A stretch of 57,167 bases of DNA from Octopus bimaculoides (GCF_001194135.2 NC_068981.1:134185609-134242775), one strand, 5' to 3'; counted from the stretch's first letter, positions 11,349 to 24,960 are shown. Notes: a model not told the origin generated them from the sequence alone. Numbers and translations: made by a program.

Positions 11349-13055
11349 ATATATATATATTATCTGTTACTTGTTTCAATCATTTGACTGTGGTCATGCT
11401 GGGGTGCACCGCCTTGGAGAGTTTTAGTCGAATAACTTGACCCCAGGACTTATTTTTTAATCCTAGTACTTATTCTATCAGTCTCTTCTGTGTTTGTCCC
11501 CATAACTTAGCAAAAGTTATGGGGACAAATACAGAGAGCGAGAAGGAGAAAGAGCTTAAATTTACAGAAAACAAAAGGCAAAGACAGGTGAGGGAACAAC
11601 AAGCAGATGTATTAGTTTGATGCTCAAGAAGAATGGAAAAGTCTTTGACATTTCGAGCCTAAGCTCTTTGACAGAAAGGGATGAGAGGAAAAATAATGGA
11701 GAGAGAAAAAAATGTGTAAGGATTAATGATTAAGCTTTGGTTAGCCTGAGGCTGTAGTAGAAGACACCTGCTGTAGGTGCCATGCAGTGGAACTGAACCC
11801 GGAACAATGTGATTGTGAAGCAAGCTTCTTGCTATGTTTGTGCCTATATATATATATATNNNNNNNNNNCAAACACACACACATTCTCTCTCCCCCACCC
11901 CTCTCTCTATTTCCAGACACACACACACATAAAATATATATAAATGTGATGGTGCATGGCCTAGTGGTTAGGGTGGTGCACTCATGATCGCTAGATTGTA
12001 ATTTCAATTCCTAGACTGAGCGGTGATTTGTGTTTTTGAGCAAACCACTTCATCTCACGTTGCTATGCAATCTCTTTAACACCTGATGTATGGTACACTG
12101 TGCACCTGTTCAGACAGTGTTGATTTGATGGAGAGAGCAAGCTAATGTGCTGCATGAACATTTAATCACTATAAACAAATCATTTGTGCAGGTCATTTGG
12201 CAAAAGCTGAATGCTCATAAGTCATCTTTGACAGGAGAGTCAGGCTGTCTACAGTAGAAAGCTGACCAAAGCATTCTACTGTAGACAGGCCTACCAAAGC
12301 CTTGTGAATGGATTTGGTAGCTAGAAACTAAAAGAGGCCACTGTATGTGTGTGTGTGTGTGTATACCCTTGGCTTGACATCACATGATGGTTGTAAAAGA
12401 GCATCACCATCATACATGCAATGTTGTTTGTTTCCAGTCTTCTTTAAAAAACATGTCTGACCAAGAGAAATCTCATCTTGCTTGGAAACATATGGATTGG
12501 TAAGAGGAAGGGCACTTAGCAGTAGAAAATCTGCTTCTACAAATTTTGTCTGACCTGTACAAATATGGAAAAAAAGTTCATTGAATGACTGTTGGTATAT
12601 GTGNNNNNNNNNNNNNNNNNNNNNNNNNNNNNNNNNNNNNNNNNNNNNNNNNNNNNNNNNNNNNNNNNNNNNNNNNNNNNNNNNNNNNNNNNNNNNNNNN
12701 NNNNNNNNNNNNNNNNNNNNNNNNNNNNNNNNNNNNNNNNNNNNNNNNNNNNNNNNNNNNNNNNNNNNNNNNNNNNNNNNNNNNNNNNNNNNNNNNNNNN
12801 NNNNNNNNNNNNNNNNNNNNNNNNNNNNNNNNNNNNNNNNNNNNNNNNNNNNNNNNNNNNNNNNNNNNNNNNNNNNNNNNNNNNNNNNNNNNNNNNNNNN
12901 NNNNNNNNNNNNNNNNNNNNNNNNNNNNNNNNNNNNNNNNNNNNNNNNNNNNNNNNNNNNNNNNNNNNNNNNNNNNNNNNNNNNNNNNNNNNNNNNNNNN
13001 NNNNNNNNNNNNNNNNNNNNNNNNNNNNNNNNNNNNNNNNNNNNNNNNNNNNNNN

Positions 13056-13472
13056 GTAAAAAGCACCATCCAAACATGTTCATTGCCAGGTCCGCCTTAT
13101 TGGCTCTGGTGCCGGTGGCACATAAAAACCACCAATTGATCGCAACCAATGCCAGTACCCCTGACTGGCTCCTGTGCCGGTGGCACATAAAAAGCACCAT
13201 CTGAATGTGTTCCTTGCCAGGCCCGCTAAAAGCACCAACGGATCGTGACCAATGCCAGTACCCCCTGACTGGTTCCTGTGCTGGTGGCAGGTAAAAAGCA
13301 CCCACTTCACTCTCAGAGTGGTTGGCGTTAGGAAGAGCATCCAGCTGTGGAAACTCTGCCAGACCAGTTTGGAGCCTGGTGCAGCTGCTGGCTCTCCAGA
13401 CCTCAGTCAAACTGTCCAACCCATGCCAGCATGGAAAACAGATGTCAGTCGATGATGATGATGATGATGATA
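13056..13472 (+). mobile_element. RTE 3' UTR with internal ~60-bp tandem repeats
   Basis: Repeated GTGCCGGTGGCACATAAAAA(G/C)CACC..CCAATGCCAGTACCCC units followed by the standard tail and (GAT)n. Confidence 0.75.
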
Positions 13473-14091
13473 TATGTGTGTGTACATGTGTTTGTGTATA
13501 TATATATATATTTATTTGCAAAAGTGAGCAGAAATGGCTTTTCTGATATTTTTTCCACTTTAATAAATTAGATGTTCATAAATTATTAGTTGTTTACCAA
13601 AGGTGACTCTGATAGGAGTTACTTGCTTAAAAGCAATTTTCAAACTGATATTTTAGAGTTTGTTATCCATTGTTTAAATAGGGAATATTTAGTGTATGTT
13701 TATAATTAAACACTCCCTATTTAAACACGTAATAACTTATGAACATCTAACTATTAAAGCAGAAAAATTATCAGAAAAGCCATTCTATTCATTTTTTCAA
13801 ATATATAATACTGTGCCAAGGGCTTTCTATTTCTTATTCTACTGTGTGTGTATGTGCATGTGTGTTGGTGTGAGTGTGGTCTTATTATGCTTGTGTTTGT
13901 TCATTGGTTTGCAGGAATTGATTAGACCTGAGAATATTTGGGTTAAATGATGATGATAGGATGGGAATTGTAGCAAATTCCACTTTAGTTTCATTAATCA
14001 TTTCCTTTAAATACTCCACATCCTTCACCTTCCTACCAAAACCAACATCTTTGATTTGCTAGCCAAACACAGGTATGTGCAGTTTCCCCCC

Positions 14092-14148
<57 letters not shown>

Positions 14149-14333
14149 GTATATATATATATATATATATATAATTTTAGGGAAAAGAACCAAGGTTCAT
14201 GAACTCATCAATGAAAATCCACTGTCACATGTATATATATATATTTAATACTGTGAGATTTAATTTAATTTTAATTTTTAATAAATTGATTTTAATTGAG
14301 TTATTACCTGTAATTTTGGATTTTTATCCCTAA

Positions 14334-14372
<39 letters not shown>

Positions 14373-15231
14373 TATTGCACCAGAAATTATATTGGACACT
14401 GTTATGGATACTGTAGTCCATAATAAATTTAAGTTAGCAATTAGTAGACTTGTGAGGTGGTAGTTTAGCTCTGAACTATGTAGCATCAAGACAATAGAAG
14501 ATGAATCTCCCCTAAATAGGATGTGAATCTATGGCAGGTAACCCAGATGATCTGGTAAATATTTTTTGTAAGTATTACTATGTTATTAAAAAATGGGTTT
14601 TTGTACCTTCTTGTACCCCATTCTAGACCATATCACGTCAGAGTTCCCACTAAGCATTCATATCTCTAAGGTGAAAATTATTTTCTTTTTAATTTCAAAT
14701 CATTGGAATATTGAAAAAAAAAAAAAGAAAAGAAAAAAAAATCATTGTTAGTAAAGGTTATCAACTGGCTTAACCAACCACAATTTGGTAAATAGCCAGT
14801 GAAATGAGACACAGAGTATTGTTCACTGAAGCACTATAATATTCTTGTAGTAGATTTGAATTTGCAATCAAGGAATCGATAGACTGATGCCTTATCTATG
14901 CAAGGCTTTAATCTTAACACAATAAATAAATGTTTTAGGTGAATGCAGACATGAAACCCATTAAATAAGATTCATTCTTAATTGGTGGAATTGGGTAGAT
15001 TCTTCTTGGTGAGCTAGCCAGCTGTTTACTGCATACTATTTGTTATTTTTTAACAGAATTTTCATTATCCAAAAAGTGCATTTGAAACACTATGGTAAAG
15101 GTATTATGTTGGCAGTATATAGAAATCATGGAGCATTGGTTAAATGTTTTAATGTATTGAGTTACCTAACAATCTGTTCTGAATTCTATTCTTGCTTGGC
15201 TTAATCTTACCTTTTATTCATATGACAAACC

Positions 15232-15264
<33 letters not shown>

Positions 15265-16745
15265 GCACACACACTTTTGTGTGTGTGAATGGTTTGTTAA
15301 ACAGGAACAGAAAAGAAGCCTGTTGTACACAAATACACACACACACATTTGTGTGTGTGTGTATTTGTGTACAACAGGCTTCTTTTCTGTTTCTGTTTAA
15401 CAAATCCATTCACAAGACTTTAGTAGAAGACACATGACCATGGTGCCACACAGCAAGACTGAACCTGGTACCATGTGGTGGGAAAACAAACTTCTTACCA
15501 CACAGCCACTCCTTCCTCACAAAATGACCAACTGATATTCTCGCCCTGCTTATTGACTTGCAATTGTTCAGGAACAGTCACTACACCAATTTCACAGGGG
15601 GCCTGCAAGGTCTTACACATATTCCATTCTTGACCAACGCATAAATAAATAAGAATTATTAAAACTCGTGTTTCTCAAGAAGTTTTTCCTGCTACTGAAT
15701 TTTCTTTATCTCTGGTGGAGCATGCCATATGAAGCAAATTATTTTTATCTGAAGATTCATTTTCCTCAACATCAAACAGGATTAAATAGATTATTTATTT
15801 AAATTGACAGTTGTTGTTTCTTTTGGTTGAAATCCATGTTAATAAGAGAGAACAGATGATGAGGAAAAAAAGCAATGAGGAAATATGAAGGGGAGGAGGA
15901 TAAGATGGAAACAAATATTTTTGATGATAAGTCATGCTGGTAATTTAGTAGTGATTTTACAGGTGGCTTTACTAAAATTAATGGCAGATCTGTTGTTATA
16001 TTTTGCAGTGACATCATCAGGATCATTATCAGCATTGTCATGTATCCACTTTTCCGTGCTGTCATATATGTGTCTGTGTTTGTGTGTTTGTTTGTCCCCC
16101 CAACATTGCTTGACAACTGATGCTGGTGTGTTTACGTCCCCATAACTTAACGGTTCAGCAAAGCAGACCGATAGAATAGGTACTAGGCTTACAAAGAATA
16201 AGTCCTGGGGTTGATTTGCTCTACTAAAGGCAGTACTCCAGCGTGACCACAGTACAATGACTGAAACAAGTAAAAGAATAGAAGTAAAGAATAGTACTAC
16301 AGACATAACAATGTACCAAGAGATATCAACAAGTTCAAGACCTACTTACTACCATTAGTTCACGGTCACCCAACAATTACATTAACTTTTACAGCGATCT
16401 TATGAAACACTGAGGTTACATAAGAATTATACCTAACAGATTAGCAACCATATAATTATTTCTAAGGTAGCCACCTCAGAAATGGAGGAATTAGGCATTA
16501 ACCACAGCATTGAGATTAATCCATAAGTAAATAATTTGTAATCTCAAAGCTTAATTGATCTACTGAACCAGAGAGTTAATGCTACTATTAATTCACACAC
16601 AACTAGTATTAATTCTTTTGAGAGTTGTAAATGTATTTATTGACACAGATATTCATTAATTATGGAGAAACATACTCAAATATACATATATGAGAGGATG
16701 CTGTAAAGGCCTGATTAGAGGCCCAACCTTCAGAGTATATACATA

Positions 16746-16964
16746 TACGAGGGGATGTTGAAAAGTTCCTAACTTTAAGGGTATCATGAAAGGCCTAATT
16801 GGAGGCTCGACATTCTAAGTTCTTTTACAGGGTTAAGAAAGGCTGAAGGACAGCTGCAATGTGTGTGAATCTGAGATGGGAATATGTTGAATAAAATCAT
16901 AATTAACTGATCCTCCTGTATTTTCTGTAATCCAAAGCCAGGAACTTTTCAGCACCCACTTGTA
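16746..16964 (+). mobile_element. Mariner-derived MITE (~219 bp)
   Basis: TA-flanked TIRs TACGAGGGGATGTTGAAAAGTTCCT and AGGAACTTTTCAGCACCCACTTGTA. The interior retains a mariner C-terminal GEYVE*-like remnant. Homologous to 27533-27748. Confidence 0.75.
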
Positions 16965-17245
16965 GATCAATCAATCAATTTTTTTTTGTTTATTTCATAT
17001 AAGAGTGATGAAGAAGTCAGTCCTTGACCCCCCCCCCCCCAGTCCCATTCCTAACCTTTTATCCAAAACCTACTGTTCAGAATTCTATTCCACTGGAGCT
17101 CTATCTCAGCTCATTTTCCCTCTCTCACTTCAACAATTAATAAGTAACAATTAAAATTAAATATAAACCTTCATTAAGTTTGCCAAAATACTTTATAGGT
17201 GAGCCTAGGAGAATCTTCAAAAAAACAAAAAGAAGGAAAGTAAAA

Positions 17246-17580
17246 GTGCAGGCATGGTTGTGCGGTAAGAAACTTGCTTCCCAACCACTGTGTGGCACCT
17301 TGGAATGACCAAAGCCTTGTGAGTGGATATGGTAGGTGGAAACTAAAAGAAGCTTGTCATCTATATATGTGTGTGAGAGTGTGTGTTTGTCCTCCACCCC
17401 CTTGCAACAAGTGTTGGTGTGTTTAAGTCCCCGTAACTTAGCAGTTTGGCAAAAGAGATCAATAGAATGAGTATCAGTCTTAAAAGAATAAGTACTGAGG
17501 TTGATTCGTTCAACTAAAAGTTCTTCAAGGCAGTGCCCCAACATGGCCACAGTCAAATGACTGAAACACGTAAAAGACAT
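17246..17580 (+). mobile_element. tRNA-derived SINE, same family, internally deleted
   Basis: GTGCAGGCATGGTTGTGCGGTAAG head and CAGTCAAATGACTGAAAC tail. Confidence 0.8.
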
Positions 17581-19322
17581 ACGATACAAGATGCTGTCCT
17601 TCTTAAATAAAATAAACTTAAAGCTTAATATCAAGAGATACTTAAAGCTGTACAGTTCAAATAAAATATAAAGAAATGAGACATGTGTTTTCCTAGGCCA
17701 TTAGCAATATATAAGATAAAAAAGAATCAAAGAAGACTGGTGGTGGTCTGCATTGGCACAACTTATATTAATTATTTGGAAACAGCAACAGAAAGAGTAT
17801 GCCACAGAAAGAAACCATTATCATAGCAAAACAAAAAGCAACACATAATGATGAGGTTACCATGTGTACCTTGGTTTCAGAATAGACAGATATACTATGT
17901 CCCTGCATATTATAAGAAAGAGGTGACTAAAAGGATCCGTGACAGGAAGAGAGAGCTTGAACATAAAACACTGTTTTGAGCACTTATAAGATGCCTTGCA
18001 TACATACCATCAAGGTGATCTTAAAGCTCCTTCTGCATTGTACTGATTTTGATTCTGAAGTTAGGAATGCTCTCTACAAATTTCCTGAAGAAGGCCAGTC
18101 TTATTGCCTTTGAAATACTTGATTGCCAAGTGTTTTGAAGCTTATTACAGGCACTCCAGGCGTGTCCCCTATGTGATGAGAGATCTTTTCTTACTGTCAG
18201 TAACATAGGGCTCGAGAAAACTGAATATTGTATGAACACAATTCACAGGAAATTTCTCATGGGAGTTGTCATAATAAAAGCACTTCTGTTATGACCTCCA
18301 CTTATTTTAGATACTTTGTTTAATTTTATAGTGTTTTACTTTATTAGATACTCAGTGTGTAATTGATTATTGTAATGGAGGTGAGACACTGGCAATATGT
18401 GGTGTGTATATAGCTAGTAATAATTTATGAGTATATATAGCTGGTGATATTGGCAAGTGTATACAGCCATAAAGTTTTCACAGAAGCTATATTAGGTAAA
18501 GTTAGGAAGTATCTGAAAATATTTGTAATTACTAATCTTCAGCAAAAACTTAATATTAATTAATTTGGGGAAAATACTTTTCTAATTGATATTTCCATGA
18601 TAATTAAATTTGCTTTGTTACTATTTGCAGTTTGTATTACTAACCTGGTGAAAAAAAAAGTTAAATTTCATAGGAGCAGGCATTGCTCTGTGGTAAGACA
18701 TTTGCTTCCCAACCACATGGTTTTGGTTCAGTCCTACCACATGGCACCTCGAGAAAGTATCATCTGTAGCCTCAGGCCTTGCGAGTGGATTTGATGGATG
18801 AAAACTGAAAGAAACCTGTTGTGTGTGTGTGTGTGTTACTTTCTCCTTGACTTCACATGATAGTTGTAAGCAAGTTTTGTGCAAGTGGTATCCTTCATTT
18901 CCAATCTTCCAAAACATCATCAGTAGTACCTTAATTGAAAACAGATGGGGGTTGGCAACAAGAAGGGTATGCAGCTGCATGGAAGAGTAGACATTAAGAT
19001 GATGATGATGATACCCCATGGCTTCAACACTTTTATTCAAAAATGTTAAAGCCATGATCATCATACCATTGCTTAAAGTATTTAGTTACACATATATGTA
19101 TATATTTACGTGTGTATACCTTTGTGCCTGTGTTTGTCCCCCACCAGAGCTTGACAACTGATGTTGGTGTGTTTATGTCCCTGTAACCTAGTGGTTCGGC
19201 AAAAGAGACCAATAGAATAAGAACTAGGCTTAAAAAAAAAGTCCTGGGTTGATTTCTTTGATTAAAATCCTTTAAGGCGGTGCTCCAGCATGGCCACAAT
19301 CAAATAACTGAAACAAGTAAAA

Positions 19323-19378
<56 letters not shown>

Positions 19379-19920
19379 GTGTGTGTGTGTGTGTGATTTG
19401 TAGGAGTTTTGGCTATTATTTCTAACAGCCCAAATGACTATATATATACCCCATTTTTGGGCTTGAGTATATATCTTAAATACTATTTACATGAGTAGCT
19501 AATTTTAAAAGATTACCTTCAAACTCCCATTATAACAATTTTATATTTACACTTTAAATTCTTACTTAATGGGAAGTTCATTGAGAGTTCGTCTGTGATG
19601 CTATTGATAGATTTCATTAAGGTCTTTAGATATAAAGGTGTTAACTGACATTTATTGTATTGCAGTGTATAAAGAGGTTTTAGTATTCAAACGATCTCAA
19701 TGCTTCAAGCAGACTGGCAGTGAATTAAATATGAAATCATTGCCAAGCCATTTCGGGAAACAGATGCACGTTTTAATTTACTATTTATCCCCCGCTTCTC
19801 TCTCTCTGTCTCTCTGTCTTTCACCACCCTTCCCTTTTGTTCTCACTCTCTCTCCATATATATATACACACATACATAAGGTGAAAAATAAACAGATATG
19901 TGCATTGTGTGTGCACACAC

Positions 19921-19978
<58 letters not shown>

Positions 19979-21249
19979 ATATACATACATCTTTCTCTCT
20001 CTCTACACACTCATATATATATATGTATGTGTGTGTGTGTGTATATATATATATACAAATGTGCATATACATATATACATACACACACACATATTTGATA
20101 TATATATTGTGTAATAAAATGGTTGAGTCATTAGAACATCAGACAGAATACACATACATGCATGCATACATACATACATACATACACACACACACATGGA
20201 TGCAGAATGGCTGAATGGTTATAAGGTTGACTTCAAAATCACTACATCCTGGGTTCAATCCCCCTCTGTAGTATCTTTAAAAAACGTAAAATATTTTTAT
20301 TGGTAATGGAAGCAGTATTAGTGCAGAATAATATTCTGCATGTCTTATCATTGAAATCCACAAAACTTAACTTCCAATCGAAATCCACAATACAATCCAA
20401 TATTCATATAGTCACTTAGAGGTTCAGCCTCACAGAGGAGATTACAAAGGACGAAGTCTTCTGTGCTTGAGAAGACATGTGAAACCCAGTAAAATCGTGG
20501 TCTCCCACACATACAGGCATGTCCTTTATGGCTATCAAGCGACCCTTTCTGCTTCCTTGTCCGACTGCAGATGTGAAGTATCTCTTCTGGTGACCCCATG
20601 GGTGCTGGTGCAATGTAAAAAGCACCCATGTGTATGTGTGTGTAAAGCCAAAGAACCATAGCCATCATTTGCGACTCAGTGTAACCAGGTAGCATGTACT
20701 GTATTTTCACAAATTGTTTTGTGTGCCTATGTAGACACAAGTAAGCACAGACACCTTGTCAGCCCTCCCACCTATTGACCCAGTGGATGTGACAGCTGCA
20801 GTGTGAGAGGGCAGCACTAGCACACATGCTCATTTTCAATTGAGCAGACTGGAACAATATGAAATGAAGCCCCCTTTGTTCAAGAACACAACACATCACT
20901 CAGTCCAGGAATCGAACCCATGACATAAAGATTGGGAGCCCAACGCCCTAACAATTAGACCATATACCTACATGAACAATTATGTGTGTGTATGTTCATA
21001 TGCCCAAATTTGTATTCAGGATTCTTTAAATAGAAATGCCCTGATCAAATTTTCAGTTGATCTTAGCTACGTAATTTGATAAGAGATGTTAGAAACCTTC
21101 TAGTTGAACCAGAGTAAATGTTATTAGGTTCTGCTTCTGAGTTTTCCCACTAATTACATATTTACTCTGCAAAGCTGATTGTCTACTTTGGCATACATTC
21201 TAATAAAGCACTTTAGTTCCAAACAACATTGTTATTCTCATATATACAT

Positions 21250-22160
21250 AATAAATATTTATTTTTACTTGTTGTTAGTGAATTTCTCAAAAGACATGGT
21301 GTGCATGAATTTATCGCTTCTGACTGCCAAGGAAGGTGTTTTACAAAGGCTGTTCTATACAGCAGTTAGAACAGAATGCTTATCTCAGTCTATTGAGCTA
21401 CATATAAGTGTTGTAATAAGAAAGAGTATCAACTAGTCATTAACTGCAATATTACTGTATACCGTGTTTGATGGTACAAAAGATACATTAGATGCACTCC
21501 AATTTTAGCAGCTTATATTTAAGAAAAAAGTTTTTTGTGCATCAAAGCTTGTACTATAGACTCAACTTCACATGTAGGAGCAGAGGTGATTTTTTTAAAA
21601 ACTTTTTTATTTTTGAAAAACAGTGTGTCTTATATGCCACCAGCTATGGTAGTTATTATCTTTGCCAATTGCCTACCTCTGAATTCCTGTCCATATATGA
21701 ATGAGGTTCGATCACTGTGGAAGTTGTTCCTCTTAGAGGCAGTATTCAGTTTCTCTGTATCTTTCTTGCTTTCTAAATTAAATTTGTTCAGTCAGCATTT
21801 AGCAATCGCTAATCCATGCAGTAATATTTGACATAATTCTATTTATTTAATGAGAGAATGACTCATGGTTGTGATAATGATTATCACCTTAATCATCAAG
21901 ACAATAATTAGGATCATTACAATTTTTTTTTTCTCAACATTTGCCTGATTTAAATATGTCTAAGTCTTGTATGACCTTATTTGGATTTCTTGGTCTTATT
22001 GTTGTATTCTCAGAGAAGCCATGGTTAATTAAACGTCTTGTACATTGTTTGATATGTATTATTATAGAAAGTGCCTCTGAATCATAGGTCATTACAATAA
22101 AGGGGACATCCACCTGTCTGGCAAGACCAAGACTCCTTTTTTCAGATGCTGACAGCACTT
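21250..22160 (-). mobile_element. Possible decayed Penelope-like RT-endonuclease linker / GIY-YIG relic
   Basis: VPFIVMTY..FSENTTIRPRNPNKVIQDL resembles the PLE linker (VPLVVTY..F..PP..AFR.P.NL). LYVAQ*T further downstream resembles the YIG motif. Recognition from memory only. Confidence 0.3.
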
Positions 22161-23388
22161 CAGTGGAGGATGTAACCTATACTGCACTTTCCATCGAACC
22201 ATATGAGTTAAGAAACTAGGGATGCAGGTATTACCCCAGCCTTTGCAGTGAAAAGTTTGCTATTTGTTAGTAGCTCTAAGAAGTCTGAGCTTTCATTTAA
22301 TGCTGGGTAAAAATAAAGGAGCATGCAAAAGACATGCAATGTGACAAATGCTTGGTGGTATACCAATCCTACTCTTAAAGCCAGGAACTTTGCAACAACC
22401 CTTTGTGTGTGTGTGTATATATATATATATATGGATGTACGTATTGAGACACTGATGTAGCTTCTAGATTATATTAAAATAATGTAAGCTTTATGCATTG
22501 AGTTCTATATCTCCCTATTGTGTATATAATTCTCTTCCTCCTCTCTGTCTATATATACATGTGACAGGTGTTTCGTTTACTAAATTCCAGTGCCAAGAAG
22601 ACACTTGCTCAACGTGTTACTCAGTGGGATTGAACCCGGAACCATATGACTGCGATGAGAACTTTTTAACTAGATAGCCATGTCTGAGTAATTGTGTTCC
22701 TCAATTGTAAATACATTCAGCATGTACTTTTTATTTCGACGATATAACCTCTAGTAGTCTAAAATAGTTAATGTAAAATAAATGATTGGCCCCCACAGTG
22801 TTTAGTTGTGCTATTTTGATTTAAAGTGCTTCATGTTATTGTGACATGAAGATAGATGCGGCAATTTTAATTTTTCATTACCGAGACAATAAGCTGATTT
22901 AATGGTAATTCAGTGATGTAGACTTCTTTGTGAATTTAGTTGGGACAAAACAGTTCTATTTGAAAGAAAATGAAATGAAATTCCCTGAGATAGAAAGGTA
23001 TGATTGATTGAAAAAAAGCGAAAAGATTATCGTCTGTATTATATATTTAAATTTTAAATTTAGGCTGCTAAATTTAAATGTTATCTGCCATACTACTTCA
23101 GACTTCGTTGTTTCGTCTGTCTCACTTGACTTATCCTCCATTTTGTTTTGTTTGATGTTTCTATCAATAAAAGCTGTCCCCGAAATATTTATAAATCTTA
23201 ACTGAATGGTTGTATACACACACACACACACACATTAATAGTTAGCAAAAGCAACAAACTCACTCAAGGTCCAAGAGTCACGTGCGTTGGCACTTAAATA
23301 TATCCATATTTTGAGTTCTTTTTTTTCCTGTTTGCACCAACGCACACACACACACATTAATATATGTTGCTCTCTTTCATTGGGATTT

Positions 23389-23451
<63 letters not shown>

Positions 23452-23609
23452 NNNNNNNNNNNNNNNNNNNNNNNNNNNNNNNNNNNNNNNNNNNNNNNNN
23501 NNNNNNNNNNNNNNNNNNNNNNNNNNNNNNNNNNNNNNNNNNNNNNNNNNNNNNNNNNNNNNNNNNNNNNNNNNNNNNNNNNNNNNNNNNNNNNNNNNNN
23601 NNNNNNNNN

Positions 23610-24920
23610 GCATACCAAAAAAATCCAAAGATTAAAATTATATTACATACAAAAATAAGAGGAATGACCAGCAAAAGTGGACTCCTATATGCTAGAAATA
23701 GATGCCGAATCATCTAACCACGAAAAATATGTTCTCAGCAAAAATTTAGCGACACAACAGACTGTAAAAGAGCAAGACAAATGAAAAATACTAAATAAAT
23801 AAATAAATAAATAAAACGATTAACCTACCATGGTTTCACCTGTTAAAATTTACATAAGTAAATATCTGCAGGATGATCAGCGTAGTCTGTCGATTTATAA
23901 AATATAATTTCCAGAACTAGACACAAGATGTCCACCCGAAAAGGGGGCACGTGTAGAGTTCTACAAATTACATTCAGTGTATCCTTTCAAATGTCTTCAA
24001 TCTGGCGCGCTAAGTCCGGAAATAACTCTGCAGTTAATATATTTTTGCAGCTAATTTACCGGTTTGAGAACATCATTATTTAAAATTTATTAATAAGGGT
24101 AGAAATCGACATCAATCAATCAAAACCAGTGGTCTAGCATACCAAAAAAAAATCCGAAGATTAAAATTATATTACATACAAAAATAAGAGGAATGACCAG
24201 CAAAAGTGGACTCCTATATGCTAGAAATAGATGCCGAATCATCTAACCACGAAAAATATGTTCTCAGTAAAAATTTAGCGACACAACAGACTGTAAAAGG
24301 GCAAGACAAATGAGAAATACTAAATAAATAAATAAATAAATAAAACGATTAACCTACGTACCATGGTTTCACCTGTTATTTTTGTATGTAATATAATTTT
24401 AATCTTCGGATTTTTTTGGTATGCTAGACCACTGGTTTTAATTGATTGATGTCGATTTCTACCCTTATTAATAAATTTTAAATAATGATATTCTCAAACC
24501 GGTAAATTAGCTTCAAAAATATATTAACTGCAGTTATTTCCGGACTTAGCGCGCCAGATTGAAGACATTTGGAAGGATACACTGAATGTAATTTGTAGAA
24601 CTCTACACGTTCCCCCTTTTCAGGTGGACATGTTGTGTCTAGTTCTGGAAATTATATTTTACAAATCGACAGACTACGCTGATGATCCTGCAGATATTTA
24701 CTTATGTAAATTTTAACAGGTGAAACCATGGTACGTAGGTTAATCGTTTTATTTATTTATTTATTTATTTTTATTTAGTATTTTTCATTTGCCTTGTCCT
24801 TTTACAGTCTGTTGTGTCACTAAATTTTTGCTGAGAACATATTTTTCGTGGTTAGATGATTCGGCATCTATTTCTAGCATATAGGAGTCCACTTTTGCTG
24901 GTCATTCCTCTTATTTTTGT
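23610..24920. mobile_element. Penelope-like element pseudo-LTR/retrozyme-type repeat: 527-bp unit as tandem (23610-24136, partial 24137-24378) plus inverted copy (24376-24920)
   Basis: GCATACCAAAA recurs at 23610 and 24137. From 24376 the sequence is the reverse complement of the unit. The copies differ by substitutions and a 4-nt indel. The unit contains a hammerhead motif. The PLE assignment is inferred from the ribozyme plus the tandem/inverted architecture. Confidence 0.7.
24674..24738 (+). ncRNA. Minimal type I hammerhead ribozyme (Penelope-like element type)
   Basis: CTACG (stem I) - CTGATGA core (24679-24685) - stem II hairpin T-CCTG..ATTTAC/TTAT/GTAAAT..CAGG-T - GAAA (24722-24725) - palindromic ACCATGGT stem III - GTA cleavage triplet (24731-24733) - CGTAG (perfect complement of CTACG). 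The U10.1/U11.1 pair is atypical. Confidence 0.8.
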
Positions 24921-24921
24921 G

Positions 24922-24960
<39 letters not shown>

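Noticed and set aside
13671-13727. 57-nt hairpin with 14-bp outer arms, considered as a pre-miRNA
   Set aside because: Large asymmetric bulges and a very AT-rich sequence; more likely a MITE remnant.
13915-14072. Segment with a good acceptor and a CAG|GTATGT donor
   Set aside because: Stops in all three frames and it includes a repeat-tail motif. It could only be a UTR exon, which sequence alone cannot support.
18639-18660. Minus-strand T9-CACCAG|GTTAGT, a recursive-splice-site-like AG|GT
   Set aside because: Host gene orientation is unknown, and such motifs arise by chance next to poly-A runs in 57 kb of AT-rich DNA.
22146-22219. Possible terminal exon DADSTSVEDVTYTALSIEPYELRN* with an ITIM-like VTYTAL and AATAAA at 22312
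   Set aside because: Too short to be significant, with no upstream exons found. It adjoins and partly overlaps a probable antisense PLE relic.
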